From positions 2,304,001 through 2,368,000 of the forward strand of contig CAVOJR010000001.1 in NCBI GenBank assembly GCA_963696295.1: a stretch of DNA of 64,000 nt, given 5' to 3'. Of the stretch, positions 1 to 11,059 are shown in pieces. Both the position numbers and the translations under genes were made by a program. Under the pieces are notes generated by a model. That model had not been told where the DNA came from. It saw only the letters and a program-made list of their open reading frames with translations, and searched no databases. Positions within the stretch are counted from its first letter, which is position 1. Every line of letters begins with the position of its first letter. This DNA is from an uncultured Chlamydiae bacterium (lineage in GTDB: Bacteria; Chlamydiota; Chlamydiia; Chlamydiales; JAJFMB01).

Positions 1-251
1 CGATGAAAAAAGCGATGCAGTCCTCAATGGATGCAGGCGCAGTGGGTATTAAAGTTAAAGTTTCGGGTCGTCTTGGCGGCGCGGAAATTGCAAGAAGCGA
101 ATGGTATAAAGAAGGCAGTGTTCCTCTACATACTTTGCGCGCAGACATAGATTATGCTCATGGTAGAGCAGAGACCACTTACGGAAGTCTCGGTGTTAAA
201 GTGTGGATCAACCGCGGTGAAGACATACATATGAAAGAGGAGGTCGCTTAA
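1..251 (+). CDS. rpsC: 30S ribosomal protein S3 (C-terminal part, truncated at window edge)
   Basis: [31 protein letters not shown] motif; precedes rplP. Confidence 0.98.
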   Translation, partial: MKKAMQSSMDAGAVGIKVKVSGRLGGAEIARSEWYKEGSVPLHTLRADIDYAHGRAETTYGSLGVKVWINRGEDIHMKEEVA

Positions 252-253
252 CC

Positions 254-673
254 ATGACATTATTGCCAAAGCGAACGAAATACCGTAAGGCACAAAAAGG
301 ACAGTTTGCCGGCCTTAGCAAAGGCTCGAACTTTGTGCAATTCGGTGAATTTGGAATTCAAGTTTTAGACAGGGGTTGGATAACGTCTCAACAAATCGAG
401 GCGTGCAGGGTTGCTATTAACCGTTATTTCCAACGTCGCGGTAAAGTTTGGATCAGAATTTTCCCTGATAAACCAATTACCAAAAAACCTGCAGAGGTTC
501 GTATGGGTAAGGGAAAAGGCGGATTGGATCATTGGGTAGCTGTTGTGAGACCGGGCCGCGTTTTATTTGAAGTCGCTAACGTTTCCAAAGATGATGCACA
601 AAATGCGTTACGAAGGGCAGCGGCAAAACTAGGACTAAAAACGCGTTTTGTAGAACGTTTAGAAGAAGTGTGA
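254..673 (+). CDS. rplP: 50S ribosomal protein L16
   Basis: PKRTKYRK...RMGKGKG motifs; operon position. Confidence 0.98.
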   Translation: MTLLPKRTKYRKAQKGQFAGLSKGSNFVQFGEFGIQVLDRGWITSQQIEACRVAINRYFQRRGKVWIRIFPDKPITKKPAEVRMGKGKGGLDHWVAVVRPGRVLFEVANVSKDDAQNALRRAAAKLGLKTRFVERLEEV

Positions 674-683
674 GGTTGAAATA

Positions 684-884
684 ATGAAAGCTCAAGATTT
701 AAGAGATCAATCCATTGACGAGTTAATGCTCAAGGAAATCGAAGTAAAAGGGGAACTATTTGAACTTGTTAATGAGTTGAAATTAAACAAAAAATTAGAA
801 AAACCCCACTTGATTCCTAAGCTGCGTAGAGATATTGCGCGCATTAAGACAATCATCAATGAAAAGAAAGTGGTTAAAGCGTAA
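684..884 (+). CDS. rpmC: 50S ribosomal protein L29
   Basis: MKAQDLR...RRDIARIKT; size 66 aa; position. Confidence 0.96.
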   Translation: MKAQDLRDQSIDELMLKEIEVKGELFELVNELKLNKKLEKPHLIPKLRRDIARIKTIINEKKVVKA

Positions 885-894
885 AAGGTTTAAT

Positions 895-1161
895 ATGCAA
901 GAAAAAAAAGAAGCAAAACGTAAAGTTAAACAAGGAACAGTCGTCAGTAATAAGATGAATAAGACTGTTGTTGTTAGAGTTGACCAAAGCTTGCGCCATC
1001 CTCGATATGGAAAAGTTATTAGCGTTAGCAAAAAATACTATGCGCATCATGAAGGTTCGCCACTGGAAGTGGGTGATAAAGTGCAAATTATTGAAACCAG
1101 ACCTCTTTCAAAATTGAAACGGTGGCGTGTGGCTACAACAGAAACGACTTCTGTAGCTTAA
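895..1161 (+). CDS. rpsQ: 30S ribosomal protein S17
   Basis: [14 protein letters not shown]...[14 protein letters not shown] 895 chosen within ORF 835-1161. Confidence 0.97.
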   Translation: MQEKKEAKRKVKQGTVVSNKMNKTVVVRVDQSLRHPRYGKVISVSKKYYAHHEGSPLEVGDKVQIIETRPLSKLKRWRVATTETTSVA

Positions 1162-1189
1162 ACGGCAAGGGTATTATCGGAGAAAAATT

Positions 1190-1558
1190 ATGATTAAACA
1201 AGAAACACAGCTAAAAGTTGCAGATAATTCAGGGGCAAAGCGAGTAAAGTGCTTTAAGGTATTAGGTGGTTCAAGACGCCGTTATGCCTATGTCGGCGAT
1301 ATTATCGTCTGCTCCGTACAACAAGCTGAACCCAATGGCAGTGTTAAAAAAGGCGATGTGGTTAAAGCCGTTATTGTCAGGACAAAATCCTACATTAAGC
1401 GCAAAGATGGTACAAAATTGCGTTTTGATAGCAATAGCTGCGTTTTAATCGATGATAAAAGAAATCCGCGCGGAACCCGTATATTCGGTTCGGTGGCTCG
1501 CGAATTGCGCGATAGAGACTTTTTAAAAATTGCCTCTTTGGCGCCAGAAGTGATTTAG
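1190..1558 (+). CDS. rplN: 50S ribosomal protein L14
   Basis: VADNSGAK...SLAPEVI. Confidence 0.99.
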   Translation: MIKQETQLKVADNSGAKRVKCFKVLGGSRRRYAYVGDIIVCSVQQAEPNGSVKKGDVVKAVIVRTKSYIKRKDGTKLRFDSNSCVLIDDKRNPRGTRIFGSVARELRDRDFLKIASLAPEVI

Positions 1559-1567
1559 GGGAAAAAA

Positions 1568-1927
1568 ATGAAAGTTAAGACTGAAGAAAAGAAAAGAATA
1601 AAGAACATCCGCAAAGGCGATACAGTTATGGCCATACGCGGCAATAATAAAGGGCAGACGGGTGTTGTCTTATCTTGTGGAAATGATCGTGTGTTGGTTC
1701 AAGGTTTGAATATACGAAAAAAATGCGTAAAAAAATCTGAAATTCATCCTAATGGCGGCATCATTGATATTGAAGCGCCGATCCATGTTTCTAATATTCG
1801 AATCTGTATTGGAGATGAACCTGTAAAACTGAAAACACGCTGCAATAAACAGGGTGAGAAAGAATTATATTATGTAAAAGATGGTAAAGAAACGCTTTAC
1901 CGTCCAATAAAAAAACCTGCAAAATAG
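1568..1927 (+). CDS. rplX: 50S ribosomal protein L24
   Basis: KOW motif IRKGDTV...KGQTG and EAPIHVSN. Confidence 0.97.
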   Translation: MKVKTEEKKRIKNIRKGDTVMAIRGNNKGQTGVVLSCGNDRVLVQGLNIRKKCVKKSEIHPNGGIIDIEAPIHVSNIRICIGDEPVKLKTRCNKQGEKELYYVKDGKETLYRPIKKPAK

Positions 1928-1940
1928 GTGGCTAAGGTAA

Positions 1941-2498
1941 ATGTCTAAGTTAAAGAAAAGATATTTAAACGATATTAAGAAAGATCTGCAAAAAAAGTTT
2001 AATTTTACAAATCCGATGTTAATGCCAAAAGTATTGAAAGTGGTACTTAACATGGGAGTTGCCGAAGCTTTAAAAGATAAAAATATCATTCAAGATTGTG
2101 CGAAAGAGTTAACGATGATCTCTGGACAAAAACCAATCTTGACTAAAGCTAAAAAATCGATATCCAATTTTAAACTTCGTGAAGGTCAACCTATTGGTGT
2201 TAAAGTGACATTGAGAGGGGAAAGAATGTACGACTTTATGGATAGATTTTTTAATATTGTTTGCCCTCGCATTAGCGACTTTCGCGGTTTTAATGTAAAA
2301 GGGGACGGCCGAGGCAATTACACCTTGGGTATTGAAGACCATCAAATTTTTCCTGAGTTGAACTTGGATGAAGTCAAACGTTCGCAAGGGATGCACATCA
2401 CCTTTGTGACTACGGCTAAAAATGATGAAGAATGCATCGAGCTATTGAGATTGCTCGGGCTTCCATTTAAAAACTTACCTGTTGCGGTAGCAGCTTAA
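1941..2498 (+). CDS. rplE: 50S ribosomal protein L5
   Basis: ISGQKP...FKLREG...DGRGNY. Confidence 0.99.
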   Translation: MSKLKKRYLNDIKKDLQKKFNFTNPMLMPKVLKVVLNMGVAEALKDKNIIQDCAKELTMISGQKPILTKAKKSISNFKLREGQPIGVKVTLRGERMYDFMDRFFNIVCPRISDFRGFNVKGDGRGNYTLGIEDHQIFPELNLDEVKRSQGMHITFVTTAKNDEECIELLRLLGLPFKNLPVAVAA

Positions 2499-2515
2499 TT
2501 TAAGGAGTAGAGAAG

Positions 2516-2914
2516 ATGATAACGGATCAAATCGCTGATTTTCTCTCGAGAATACGCAATGCTGTGAAAGCTCAACACCGCTTTGTTGATGCTGACTGGA
2601 GTAAAATGCGAGAAAATATTGCAAGGATCTTAAAGGAATATGGCTTTATTGAAAGCTATCTCATAAAAAAAGATAGTGAAAGCCGCGGTAAAATTCGCAT
2701 TTTCCTAAAATACGGTTCCGCGAGATATTCTGTAATACAAGGAATTAAACGGATGTCAACACCTGGCTGCCGTCAATACATATGTCATAGTGACATTCCT
2801 CACTTTTATGGTGGTCAAGGATTATCGATTTTGTCGACATCGCAAGGAGTGATCGCCGGTAAAGAAGCAGAAAAACGTAAACTTGGTGGAGAAATACTTT
2901 GCTTGGTTTGGTAA
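2516..2914 (+). CDS. rpsH: 30S ribosomal protein S8
   Basis: DQIADFLSRIRNA...GGEILCLVW; no rpsN upstream (chlamydial arrangement). Confidence 0.98.
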   Translation: MITDQIADFLSRIRNAVKAQHRFVDADWSKMRENIARILKEYGFIESYLIKKDSESRGKIRIFLKYGSARYSVIQGIKRMSTPGCRQYICHSDIPHFYGGQGLSILSTSQGVIAGKEAEKRKLGGEILCLVW

Positions 2915-2937
2915 GCGAAGTTAGCAGGAGATAAGAT

Positions 2938-3480
2938 ATGTCAAGAAAAGGAAAAGCACCTATTCAACTACCTAAAGGGGTTGAGACGAAGATAACTAAT
3001 GATAGTGTCTCGATCAAAGGTCCGAAAGGGTCAATAACTCAAAAGATCGGCCCTGAAGTTAGCGTTGAAGTGAAAGATGATGTTATATTAGTATCTCTAA
3101 ATGAAAAATTTGAAGATAAATCTAATTTTCATGGCCTTTACCGCAGTTTGATTGCAAATATGGTGGTTGGAACGACTGCCGGGTTTGAAAAGAAATTGCA
3201 GATGATTGGAGTGGGATATCGCGCAGCTGTTCAAGGTAACATGTTAGATCTGCAACTCGGTTTTTCTCATCCAACTAAGCTTGAAATTCCTCAAGGTATG
3301 CAAGTGAAAGTGGATAAAAACACGCTAATCATTATTAACGGTATTGATAAACAGGAAGTCGGCCAATTTGCTGCAACCGTAAGAAGTATGCGACCACCCG
3401 AACCCTATCAGGGAAAAGGTATTCGATATGAGAATGAATATGTTCGCAAAAAAGCAGGTAAAGCTGCAGCCAAAAAGTAA
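2938..3480 (+). CDS. rplF: 50S ribosomal protein L6
   Basis: GVGYRA...PEPYQGKGIRY. Confidence 0.99.
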   Translation: MSRKGKAPIQLPKGVETKITNDSVSIKGPKGSITQKIGPEVSVEVKDDVILVSLNEKFEDKSNFHGLYRSLIANMVVGTTAGFEKKLQMIGVGYRAAVQGNMLDLQLGFSHPTKLEIPQGMQVKVDKNTLIIINGIDKQEVGQFAATVRSMRPPEPYQGKGIRYENEYVRKKAGKAAAKK

Positions 3481-3495
3481 AAGTGGTGGGAAACT

Positions 3496-3867
3496 ATGAA
3501 TAATACGCAGAAAGAAAAACATGAAACGCGTCATAAGCGCGCTTTACGAGTAAGAAAAAAACTCCGTGGCAATCACGAAAAACCAAGATTGTGCGTTTTC
3601 AAAAGCAATAGGCATATTGGAGTTCAGCTGATTGATGATGAAAATGGAGTAACCATTGGATCTGCTGCTACTATCGATAAAGACTTTCAAGGCACTGATT
3701 TTGCCAAAAAGACTAAAGATGCTGCCAAAAAAGTGGGCCAAAAAATAGCTGAAATTGCGAAGAAAAACAACATCAGTGAAGTTATTTTCGACCGCGGAAG
3801 TAACAAATATCATGGAATTTTGGCTGAACTCGCTGAAAGTGCAAGAGCATCAGGTTTAAAGTTTTAA
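3496..3867 (+). CDS. rplR: 50S ribosomal protein L18
   Basis: PRLCVFKSNRHI...FDRG..YHG. Confidence 0.98.
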   Translation: MNNTQKEKHETRHKRALRVRKKLRGNHEKPRLCVFKSNRHIGVQLIDDENGVTIGSAATIDKDFQGTDFAKKTKDAAKKVGQKIAEIAKKNNISEVIFDRGSNKYHGILAELAESARASGLKF

Positions 3868-3886
3868 TACATCAGGATGAAATAAA

Positions 3887-4393
3887 ATGTCAAATTTTAG
3901 TGACTCTAAAAAGAAAGATAAAGACAAAGAACAAAGCGATTTACACGAAAAAGTTCTCTATATCAATCGTTGCTCTAAGGTTGTAAGCGGCGGACGCAAA
4001 TTCAGTTTCTCTGCGCTAATTCTTGTGGGAGACGGAAAGGGACGGATCGGTTATGGCTTTGCCAAAGCAAACGAGTTGACTGACGCAATCCGCAAGGGTG
4101 GTGAATCGGCTCGTAAAAACATGGTAAAGATCCCCATGGAGGGAACCACGATCCCGCATGAAGTGATTGTTCACTGGGATGGTGCTTGCGTATTATTGAA
4201 ACCTGCGCCAGTAGGTACGGGAGTTATCGCCGGTTCCAAAACTCGAGCCATCTTAGAAATGGCTGGGATAAAAGATGTGATGGCAAAAAATCTGGGTTCG
4301 AACAACCCGCTTAACCAGGCAAAAGCGACATTTAAAGCGCTTAATCAGTTAAAGACGAGAAAAGAAATTAAAGAGTTGAGAGGTATCGCATGA
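3887..4393 (+). CDS. rpsE: 30S ribosomal protein S5
   Basis: INRCSKVVSGGRKFSFSALILVGD. Confidence 0.98.
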   Translation: MSNFSDSKKKDKDKEQSDLHEKVLYINRCSKVVSGGRKFSFSALILVGDGKGRIGYGFAKANELTDAIRKGGESARKNMVKIPMEGTTIPHEVIVHWDGACVLLKPAPVGTGVIAGSKTRAILEMAGIKDVMAKNLGSNNPLNQAKATFKALNQLKTRKEIKELRGIA

Positions 4394-4848
4394 CAACATT
4401 GCATGAACTACAAGACACATGCCGATCAAGAAGAGTAAGTAAGCGCGTTGGAAGAGGACCGGGTTCCGGACTTGGAAAAACATGCGGACGCGGTCAAAAA
4501 GGTGCGGGTGCTAGAGCCGGTTATACTAGAAGATTGGGTTATGAAGGCGGACAGTTCAGACTTTACATGAAGCTTCCTATCCGTGGATTTAACAATGCCC
4601 GTTTTAGAAAAGAATTCGCTACGATTAACTTGTTTCAGATTAATGAAATTTATAAAGATGGTGATGAAGTATCCATTGAGAGTCTGAAAGAGAAAGGTTA
4701 TCTTAACGGTCCCGTTCATGGTTTGAAAATTTTAGGTGATGGCAAACTGGACAAGAAAGTCAAAATTGTTGCCGATGCCGTTTCGAACGGAGCCAAAGAG
4801 AAATTAGAGAAAGCAAAAATTGCATTTACAATAAATTCCAAAGCATAA
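4390..4848 (+). CDS. rplO: 50S ribosomal protein L15
   Basis: [20 protein letters not shown]; overlaps rpsE directly (no rpmD). Confidence 0.98.
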   Translation: MTTLHELQDTCRSRRVSKRVGRGPGSGLGKTCGRGQKGAGARAGYTRRLGYEGGQFRLYMKLPIRGFNNARFRKEFATINLFQINEIYKDGDEVSIESLKEKGYLNGPVHGLKILGDGKLDKKVKIVADAVSNGAKEKLEKAKIAFTINSKA

Positions 4849-4882
4849 GATACTTGATTTTTCAATTTATCTAGAGGAAACA

Positions 4883-6256
4883 GTGATGTTACAAAGTTTG
4901 CAAAGAATAGCCCAAATGCCGGAATTAAAGTCGAAAATACTGTTTACATTACTGATGCTGGTTGTTTGTCGAATCGGTGTCTTTATCCCTGTTCCTGGTA
5001 TCAATGGCGAAGTCGCCTTGAGTTACTTTCGCCATGCTGCCGGGGGAACGCAAAATATATTCCAGATGGTAAACCTGTTTTCTGGCGGTGCGTTCTCGCA
5101 GATGACTGTTATTGCCCTGGGTGTTGTGCCTTATATTTCAGCATCGATTATTTTGCAGTTGTTTGTAGCGCTGTGGCCTTCCTTTCAAAGGGAAATGCGA
5201 GAAAATAGCGATGCGGCGCGGCGCAAACTCACTAAGTTGACCCGTATATTGACAATGGGCTTAGCCTTCATACAATCAGCTATGTATGCCAAATTTGCGA
5301 TTCAGATGAATATATCGAGTCGGGGTATTATCGCAGGCGAACTTCTCGATGTGCAGCTTTTTGGAATTCCTATTGTCTTTTATCTCCTCGTGGTATTTAC
5401 GATGACTACCGGTACGCTATTTTTGATGTGGATCGGTGAGCAAATCACGGAACATGGTATTGGAAACGGAATGAGCCTTATTATCTCACTAGGCATTCTG
5501 TCCCAGTTTCCAACGGCCTTGGGCATGATTTTTCAGCAGCTCAACCTCTCTTCCCAAGAGGCGGGTTCCATGAATTTTACCTCGGTGCTCCTCCTGATTA
5601 CTGTATTTGTTCTGGTAACGATTGGAACTATCCTGGTCATACAAGGGCATCGTAGAATTCCATTGCAATATGCCAGAAGAGTAGTGGGTAGAAAAGAAGT
5701 GCAGGGCGGCACATCATACATCCCATTGAAGATTAATTACGCTGGGGTAATACCGGTAATTTTTGCCTCCTCGTTATTGATGTTCCCGGCAACCATAGCC
5801 GCCTTTGTCGGACAAGGTAATTGGCTCGGTGAATTCGCTTCCTGGCTGTCCGCCGGAGGATCAGCTTATATGGTCGCTTTTGTGACGCTGATAATATTTT
5901 TTACCTACTTTTGGACAGCGACACAGTTTCACCCCGACCAAATTGCTTCTGATATGAAGAAAAACGGGGCATTCATCCCCGGTATCCGCCAAGGTAAACC
6001 TACCCAGGATTATCTTGATGCGACGATGAACAAAATTACGTTATTAGGCGCCATATTGCTGGCCCTGATAGCCATTTTACCTGCAATTGTTAGCCGATTT
6101 TTGGGAATACCGCAAACCATCAGCTATTTCTTTGGTGGAACAGCCTTGTTGATTCTTGTCGGAGTTGTTTTAGATACGATGAAACAAATTGAATCGCACC
6201 TGTTGATGAAACGCTATGATGGTTTTATGAAAAAAGGGCGTGTCCGAGGTCGTTAA
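4883..6256 (+). CDS. secY: Preprotein translocase subunit SecY
   Basis: [42 protein letters not shown] motifs; multiple TM segments. Confidence 0.99.
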   Translation: MMLQSLQRIAQMPELKSKILFTLLMLVVCRIGVFIPVPGINGEVALSYFRHAAGGTQNIFQMVNLFSGGAFSQMTVIALGVVPYISASIILQLFVALWPSFQREMRENSDAARRKLTKLTRILTMGLAFIQSAMYAKFAIQMNISSRGIIAGELLDVQLFGIPIVFYLLVVFTMTTGTLFLMWIGEQITEHGIGNGMSLIISLGILSQFPTALGMIFQQLNLSSQEAGSMNFTSVLLLITVFVLVTIGTILVIQGHRRIPLQYARRVVGRKEVQGGTSYIPLKINYAGVIPVIFASSLLMFPATIAAFVGQGNWLGEFASWLSAGGSAYMVAFVTLIIFFTYFWTATQFHPDQIASDMKKNGAFIPGIRQGKPTQDYLDATMNKITLLGAILLALIAILPAIVSRFLGIPQTISYFFGGTALLILVGVVLDTMKQIESHLLMKRYDGFMKKGRVRGR

Positions 6257-6259
6257 GTT

Positions 6260-6288
6260 TTGCAAAATATAAGTGAATATGTTATGAT
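6260..6288 (+). promoter_or_regulatory. Putative sigma66/sigma70 promoter of the alpha operon
   Basis: TTGCAA-17 nt-TATGAT with extended TG, just upstream of rpsM. Confidence 0.55.
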
Positions 6289-6320
6289 TTTAAATCTTTT
6301 TCAAATTTTAGGAGACATTG

Positions 6321-6689
6321 ATGCCTAGAGTGATTGGTACAGACATTCCAGAAAATAAGCGATTAGTTATAAGTCTGACCTATATATATGGAATTGGAAA
6401 GAGTTTATCTTGTGAAATTTTGGCCAAATTAAATTTGGATCCGAATATGCGAGCAATGAAATTAACTCAAGAAGACATTGCAAGATTGAATGCTTTATTG
6501 CAGACAGAATATATTGTAGAAGGTGATTTACGCCGCCAAGTGCAAAATAACATCAAACGTCTTATTAGCATTAACTCTTATCGTGGAACCAGGCACCGTT
6601 TAGGATTGCCGGTCAGGGGTCAGAGAACAAGAACAAATTCTAGAACACGAAAAGGGCGACGTAAAACTGTTGCTGCAAAGAAAAAATAA
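6321..6689 (+). CDS. rpsM: 30S ribosomal protein S13
   Basis: LTYIYGIG...[12 protein letters not shown]. Confidence 0.99.
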   Translation: MPRVIGTDIPENKRLVISLTYIYGIGKSLSCEILAKLNLDPNMRAMKLTQEDIARLNALLQTEYIVEGDLRRQVQNNIKRLISINSYRGTRHRLGLPVRGQRTRTNSRTRKGRRKTVAAKKK

Positions 6690-6708
6690 AATAGAGGAGT
6701 AAATTACT

Positions 6709-7113
6709 TTGTCGAAACAAGCTGTTACAAAAAAAGGGGCTAAACCTAAAAAGAAAGTTATTCGTCAGATATCCTCTGGTGTAGCTCATGTTAAAGCAAC
6801 TTTTAACAACACAATTATCGTTATTACGGATCCCGTTGGACGTGTAGTCACTTGGTCTTCAGCCGGTAAAGTAAACTTTTCTGGATCGAGAAAGTCTTCG
6901 GCTTTTGCTGCTTCCGTAGCGGCTCAAGAGGCAGGTAAAGTTGCTATGGGAATCGGCTTGAAAGAAGTTGAAATTTATTTAAAAGGTCCTGGCGCTGGTA
7001 GAGAATCTGCTGTTAGAGGATTGCAAAGTGTTGGTTTACAGATCACATCTATAAAAGATGTTACTCCTGTACAGCATAATGGGTGCAGACCGAGAAAGCG
7101 AAGACGCGTATAA
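6709..7113 (+). CDS. rpsK: 30S ribosomal protein S11 (TTG start)
   Basis: ATFNNTI...GPGAGRE...HNGCRP; RBS GAGGAG upstream. Confidence 0.98.
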   Translation: MSKQAVTKKGAKPKKKVIRQISSGVAHVKATFNNTIIVITDPVGRVVTWSSAGKVNFSGSRKSSAFAASVAAQEAGKVAMGIGLKEVEIYLKGPGAGRESAVRGLQSVGLQITSIKDVTPVQHNGCRPRKRRRV

Positions 7114-7157
7114 AAACCACCCAAGTTAAAAATTAAAAATTATTAGGAGTCATAGAA

Positions 7158-8273
7158 ATGGCAGTTAAGTATGGTAAATATGAACTACCAAAGGAAATTG
7201 TCTCGGATGAGGAAAGTGCAACACCTACATTTGCTCGTTATATAGCAGAGCCATTGGAAAAAGGTTTTGGTTACACTATCGGAAATGCTATGCGTCGAAT
7301 GATGCTATCCTCCCTTGAGGCTCCAGCCATTATTTCCGTTCGAATCGAAGGCGTGCCCCATGAATACATGGCTGTTGATGGCATTGTTGAGGACATGACC
7401 AATATCGTACTAAACTTGAAAGGTGCGCTGTTAAGAAAGCTTCCAACTCACGAAGAGCCAAATTCCCGTGATCAACGTATGATCACAACCGTTCTAGAAA
7501 TCACGCAAGAAGATTTAGATCAGTGCAAAGGTCAATACCATGTCAAATTAGGCGATGTCGTAAAAGGCGGAATCTTTGATGTTGTTAATCCTGATTTGCA
7601 TCTCTTTACAGTGACAAAACCGATGAAGCGTCAAGTAGATCTTCGCGTTTCCTTCGGCAGGGGTTATGTTCCATCCGAAAGACACGTGGTTCGTGGAAAA
7701 ACGGCTGACGAAATCTTAATTGATGCTATTTACTCGCCTGTAAGGCTGGTGAACTACTACGTTGAAAACACGCGTGTAGGACAAGACACCGACTTTGACC
7801 GTTTGGTACTAGAAGTAACGACGGACGGACGTATCACTCCTTCAGAAGCATTAAGCTTCGCGACACAAATCGCACTGAAGCACTTCAACGTTTTCAATAG
7901 AGTGAAGGCGATGATGCTAGTTTTCGATGAAGGTTTGAAAGATTTCGACGCTGATCAAGACGAGATGCTGGATAAATTGGCCTTACGCATTGATGAAATC
8001 GAGCTTTCCGTGAGATCGACAAACTGCCTCAGCGGCGCCAACATTGAGACAATTGCCGAACTGGTTTCTATACCTGAAAGAAAAATGCTGGAATTTAGAA
8101 ATTTTGGTAAGAAATCGCTCAATGAGATTAAGGCAAAACTTCATGACATGGGATTATCTTTGGGAATGGATGTGACAAAATACGGCATCGATCCCGATAA
8201 TGTTAAGGATGAAGTGAAAAAGCTGCATGAGCGCAGAAGAAAAAAAGCAGAAGTCCAAAAAAATGAAGAATAA
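7158..8273 (+). CDS. rpoA: DNA-directed RNA polymerase subunit alpha
   Basis: [37 protein letters not shown]; long chlamydial-type form. Confidence 0.99.
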   Translation: MAVKYGKYELPKEIVSDEESATPTFARYIAEPLEKGFGYTIGNAMRRMMLSSLEAPAIISVRIEGVPHEYMAVDGIVEDMTNIVLNLKGALLRKLPTHEEPNSRDQRMITTVLEITQEDLDQCKGQYHVKLGDVVKGGIFDVVNPDLHLFTVTKPMKRQVDLRVSFGRGYVPSERHVVRGKTADEILIDAIYSPVRLVNYYVENTRVGQDTDFDRLVLEVTTDGRITPSEALSFATQIALKHFNVFNRVKAMMLVFDEGLKDFDADQDEMLDKLALRIDEIELSVRSTNCLSGANIETIAELVSIPERKMLEFRNFGKKSLNEIKAKLHDMGLSLGMDVTKYGIDPDNVKDEVKKLHERRRKKAEVQKNEE

Positions 8274-8287
8274 TCAGGGTTAGTTTA

Positions 8288-8716
8288 ATGAGACACTTAA
8301 ATCACAGAGGGAAATTAAGCCGAACCTCCTCTCACAGGAGATGCTTGATTGCTAATATGTTAAAAGCGCTTATTGCGAATGAGCGCGTGCAAACAACAGT
8401 TGCCAAAGCTAAAGTATTGAAGCAGTTTGCGGATAAGATGATCACGCTGGCTAAAAAGAATACTCTAGCCAGCCGCCGCAGCGCTATTGCTGAGATGATG
8501 ATTAATTTCAACACATTGACGCCTAAGGAAAAGCGCGCCGCTAAAGATGGCGACAAGAGCGCCTATAACACAGATCGTCAAGTGATTGAGAAATTATTTG
8601 ATGAGCTTGGCGTCCGTTTTGCCAACCGTCAAGGCGGTTATACGCGAGTCATAAAGACATCAAATCGCGTTGGCGACAATGCGCCTCAATGTTTCATTGA
8701 GTATTTGAGCGAATAG
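8288..8716 (+). CDS. rplQ: 50S ribosomal protein L17
   Basis: MRH...LSRTSSHR...RQGGYTR..RVGDNA. Confidence 0.99.
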   Translation: MRHLNHRGKLSRTSSHRRCLIANMLKALIANERVQTTVAKAKVLKQFADKMITLAKKNTLASRRSAIAEMMINFNTLTPKEKRAAKDGDKSAYNTDRQVIEKLFDELGVRFANRQGGYTRVIKTSNRVGDNAPQCFIEYLSE

Positions 8717-8740
8717 GCAATATACAAGTCATTGCGAAAG

Positions 8741-8772
8741 AACCCAAGTTTCATAAACTTGGGTTTTTTTTT
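8741..8772 (+). terminator. Intrinsic terminator of ribosomal operon
   Basis: AACCCAAGTTT-cat-AAACTTGGGTT hairpin followed by T run. Confidence 0.85.
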
Positions 8773-8801
8773 CTAATAATGGGTAGTAAGTGTTCACGAC
8801 C

Positions 8802-9345
8802 CTTTTGCTGTCCCAAATAGCCGGTGAGTTTCTTTTGTCAGCCACAAATTAAATTAGCTTTTGCTGCTCTTTAAATCGCCGGGGAGTTTCTTTTAGATGG
8901 TGTCAGCCACAGAATTTAATTAGCTTTTGCTGCCCTTTAAATGTCGGGGAGTTTCTTTTAGATGTTGTCAGCCACAAATTAAATTAGCTTTTGCTGCTCT
9001 TTAAATCGCCGGGGAGTTTCTTTTAGATGTTGTCAGCCACAAATTAAATTAGCTTTTGCTGCTTTTTCCTAGATAGGCCACAGAATTTAATTAGCTTTTG
9101 CTGCTCTTTAAATCGCCGGGGAGTTTCTTTTAGATGGTGTCAGCCACAAATTAAATTAGTTTTTGCTGCTTTTTCCTAGATAGGCCACAGAATTTAATTA
9201 GCTTTTGCTGCTCTTTAAATCGCAGGGGAGTTTCTTTTAGATGGTGTCAGCCACAAATTAAATTAGTTTTTGCTGCTTTTTCCTAGATAGGCCACAGAAT
9301 TTAATTAGCTTTTGCTGCTCTTTCCCAAATAGCCAGGGAGTTTTT
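8802..9345. repeat. Tandem array of 65-66 bp and 41 bp units homologous to the 3' end of the neighbouring minus-strand gene
   Basis: Units start with GCCAC at 8841, 8906, 8971, 9036, 9077, 9143, 9184, 9250 and 9291; shared core AATTAG(C/T)TTTTGCTGC; last unit overlaps the gene's stop codon. Confidence 0.95.
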
Positions 9346-10899
9346 GCAAACGTCGTTGTGCTGAGCATTGATGGTAATCAGAATTTTATAAAAGGCTTCC
9401 GCCTCCTTTAGATACCCGAAATTCACGAGGCAATTCAGGATGCGCGTGATACGCAAGAAGTTGTGATTAGATGGGGTCAGCCATACGGCGCTTCTTTCTT
9501 TGAAATTCGCTGCGAGGATAACGGTTTGCGACTGTTCATCAAAATGTAACCCGTAGAAGCTCAACATCTTGTAAAATGATGTTTTGATGTTGGCTCTTAT
9601 TTCGGGGTCTTGATTCATTTCTTTAAGACTTTCTTGAGAGAGAATGGGGGCTTTTGAGTTGTATTTAGAGGGAATTTTATTGGGAAAAAGCCACTGGATA
9701 TAGTTGTGGCACGATTCTTTTGCATTATCATCTAAATCCCACAAATCTTTCAAGTACCGCCCTTCGGCGTCTGGGCCGGTTCCGCGGTAAAAGGGGACCA
9801 GAAGGTTGTTTTTCCCCGTTTTTGCCTCTAGAGCCTGAAAAATTTCATAATTTTTTTTGCCATTAGAGTCATTGAGAACGGAAAGGACCACTTTAATATT
9901 TTGACGGAATTCGGCGTGAATTTCAGCCATGCACTCGATCATGAGGTCTTGGGGATTTCTAAAAGCGCCGCACCCGAAGGGAACTAAGACCAGCGTATCA
10001 AGCCCATTTGCGATAGCGGCAGAAAAGATGGATCGAAGTTTAGCCTTGGTTATTTCTTTATAGGCGCCGACCGTATCTGAAGACCAGTTTTGTGGTACAT
10101 ATTTCCCAGTCGATCTATCCAAGGCAACTGGGTACTTATCTTGTAGGGAATTTAGATCCAACGCCGCTGAAGCGATAATCGGGAGGGGGAACGGGGTGTC
10201 GAGAAAGGGATAGCCCTCATTTGCGGAGCCTCTGAAGATGACGATATCTTTGATAAATAGCGCTTCATTGGTTTGAATGAAAGATCCTTGCTGATCAAGG
10301 AGATTTTTTGCCCTTACCAGGGCGGGATAGAGGTTGCTTCTGCGGCAAATTTGCTCTTCCTGGGCCCGTGCGCCGAAAGGGGAGCCGCCAGGGTGATGTT
10401 CATTTGCGGCATCCAAAAGAGCGACTTTACGCCCCTCGTCAATGAGGCTTTTGCTGATGTCAATACAGTCCCCATTCCTCACTTCAATTGAATGGTTTGT
10501 GGCTGGATTTAATGGAGTTGAGACCGCGGGTTCAGCGGTTCCTGATGTTAAGTTAATTTTTCGGCTGGTTACAGTGTTATTTTTAGAGGCATAAATAGAA
10601 ATTTCTTCAGCTTTTTTTATGGGAACTTGTACCTGATTCTTTACATAATACCCAGTGTTGACGATCTTTTCTGTTTGCGTCATTACCTCAGCGAGATTTA
10701 GCTGGGGTGGATTAATTTGGGGGCTTTTCATCATCCGGTCAAAAATAGCGACGATCGCGCCAATGACAGGGAGGCATTCGATCGCAGCCAAAGCGAGATG
10801 CGCGACTGCCCGGCCATTCCATTCGGTTGATTTTTTGAATTGTTCGTAATTATGATAGGCGCAATCCCAGCCTGTAATAAGGGAAATTATATTTTTCAT
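9301..10899 (-). CDS. Microbial PARG-type macrodomain (TIGR02452/DUF2263-like) fused to an OGFr conserved domain; candidate effector
   Basis: DAANEHHPGG..GARAQEEQICRRSNLY and GCGAFRNP (PARG); HNYIQWLFP...MLSFYGL...HNFLRITRILNCL (OGFr); N-terminal hydrophobic segment. Confidence 0.85.
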   Translation of the reverse strand: MKNIISLITGWDCAYHNYEQFKKSTEWNGRAVAHLALAAIECLPVIGAIVAIFDRMMKSPQINPPQLNLAEVMTQTEKIVNTGYYVKNQVQVPIKKAEEISIYASKNNTVTSRKINLTSGTAEPAVSTPLNPATNHSIEVRNGDCIDISKSLIDEGRKVALLDAANEHHPGGSPFGARAQEEQICRRSNLYPALVRAKNLLDQQGSFIQTNEALFIKDIVIFRGSANEGYPFLDTPFPLPIIASAALDLNSLQDKYPVALDRSTGKYVPQNWSSDTVGAYKEITKAKLRSIFSAAIANGLDTLVLVPFGCGAFRNPQDLMIECMAEIHAEFRQNIKVVLSVLNDSNGKKNYEIFQALEAKTGKNNLLVPFYRGTGPDAEGRYLKDLWDLDDNAKESCHNYIQWLFPNKIPSKYNSKAPILSQESLKEMNQDPEIRANIKTSFYKMLSFYGLHFDEQSQTVILAANFKERSAVWLTPSNHNFLRITRILNCLVNFGYLKEAEAFYKILITINAQHNDVCKNSLAIWERAAKAN

Positions 10900-11059
10900 A
10901 ATAAAAACAGTATATCTAAATTAAGGCATAATATTCAAGAGAAAAGCATTAGGCGGGATTGGCTGGTCGATTGACCATTACGACTATTAATCTTAACACT
11001 TTGTTAATTTATACTTTAAATTACACTGCTATAATTTGATAAAAAGTATAGGAGCATAT

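Noticed and set aside
2499..7157. Absence of rpsN, rpmD, adk, infA, rpmJ and rpsD from the operon
   Set aside because: Normal arrangement for Chlamydiae; used only as taxonomic evidence
8841..9320. CRISPR array (about 29-bp core at 65-66 bp period)
   Set aside because: Spacers are near-identical to each other and to the adjacent gene end; no cas genes in the window
8802..9345. Diversity-generating retroelement template/variable repeat
   Set aside because: No reverse transcriptase in the window; differences include indels and are not adenine-specific
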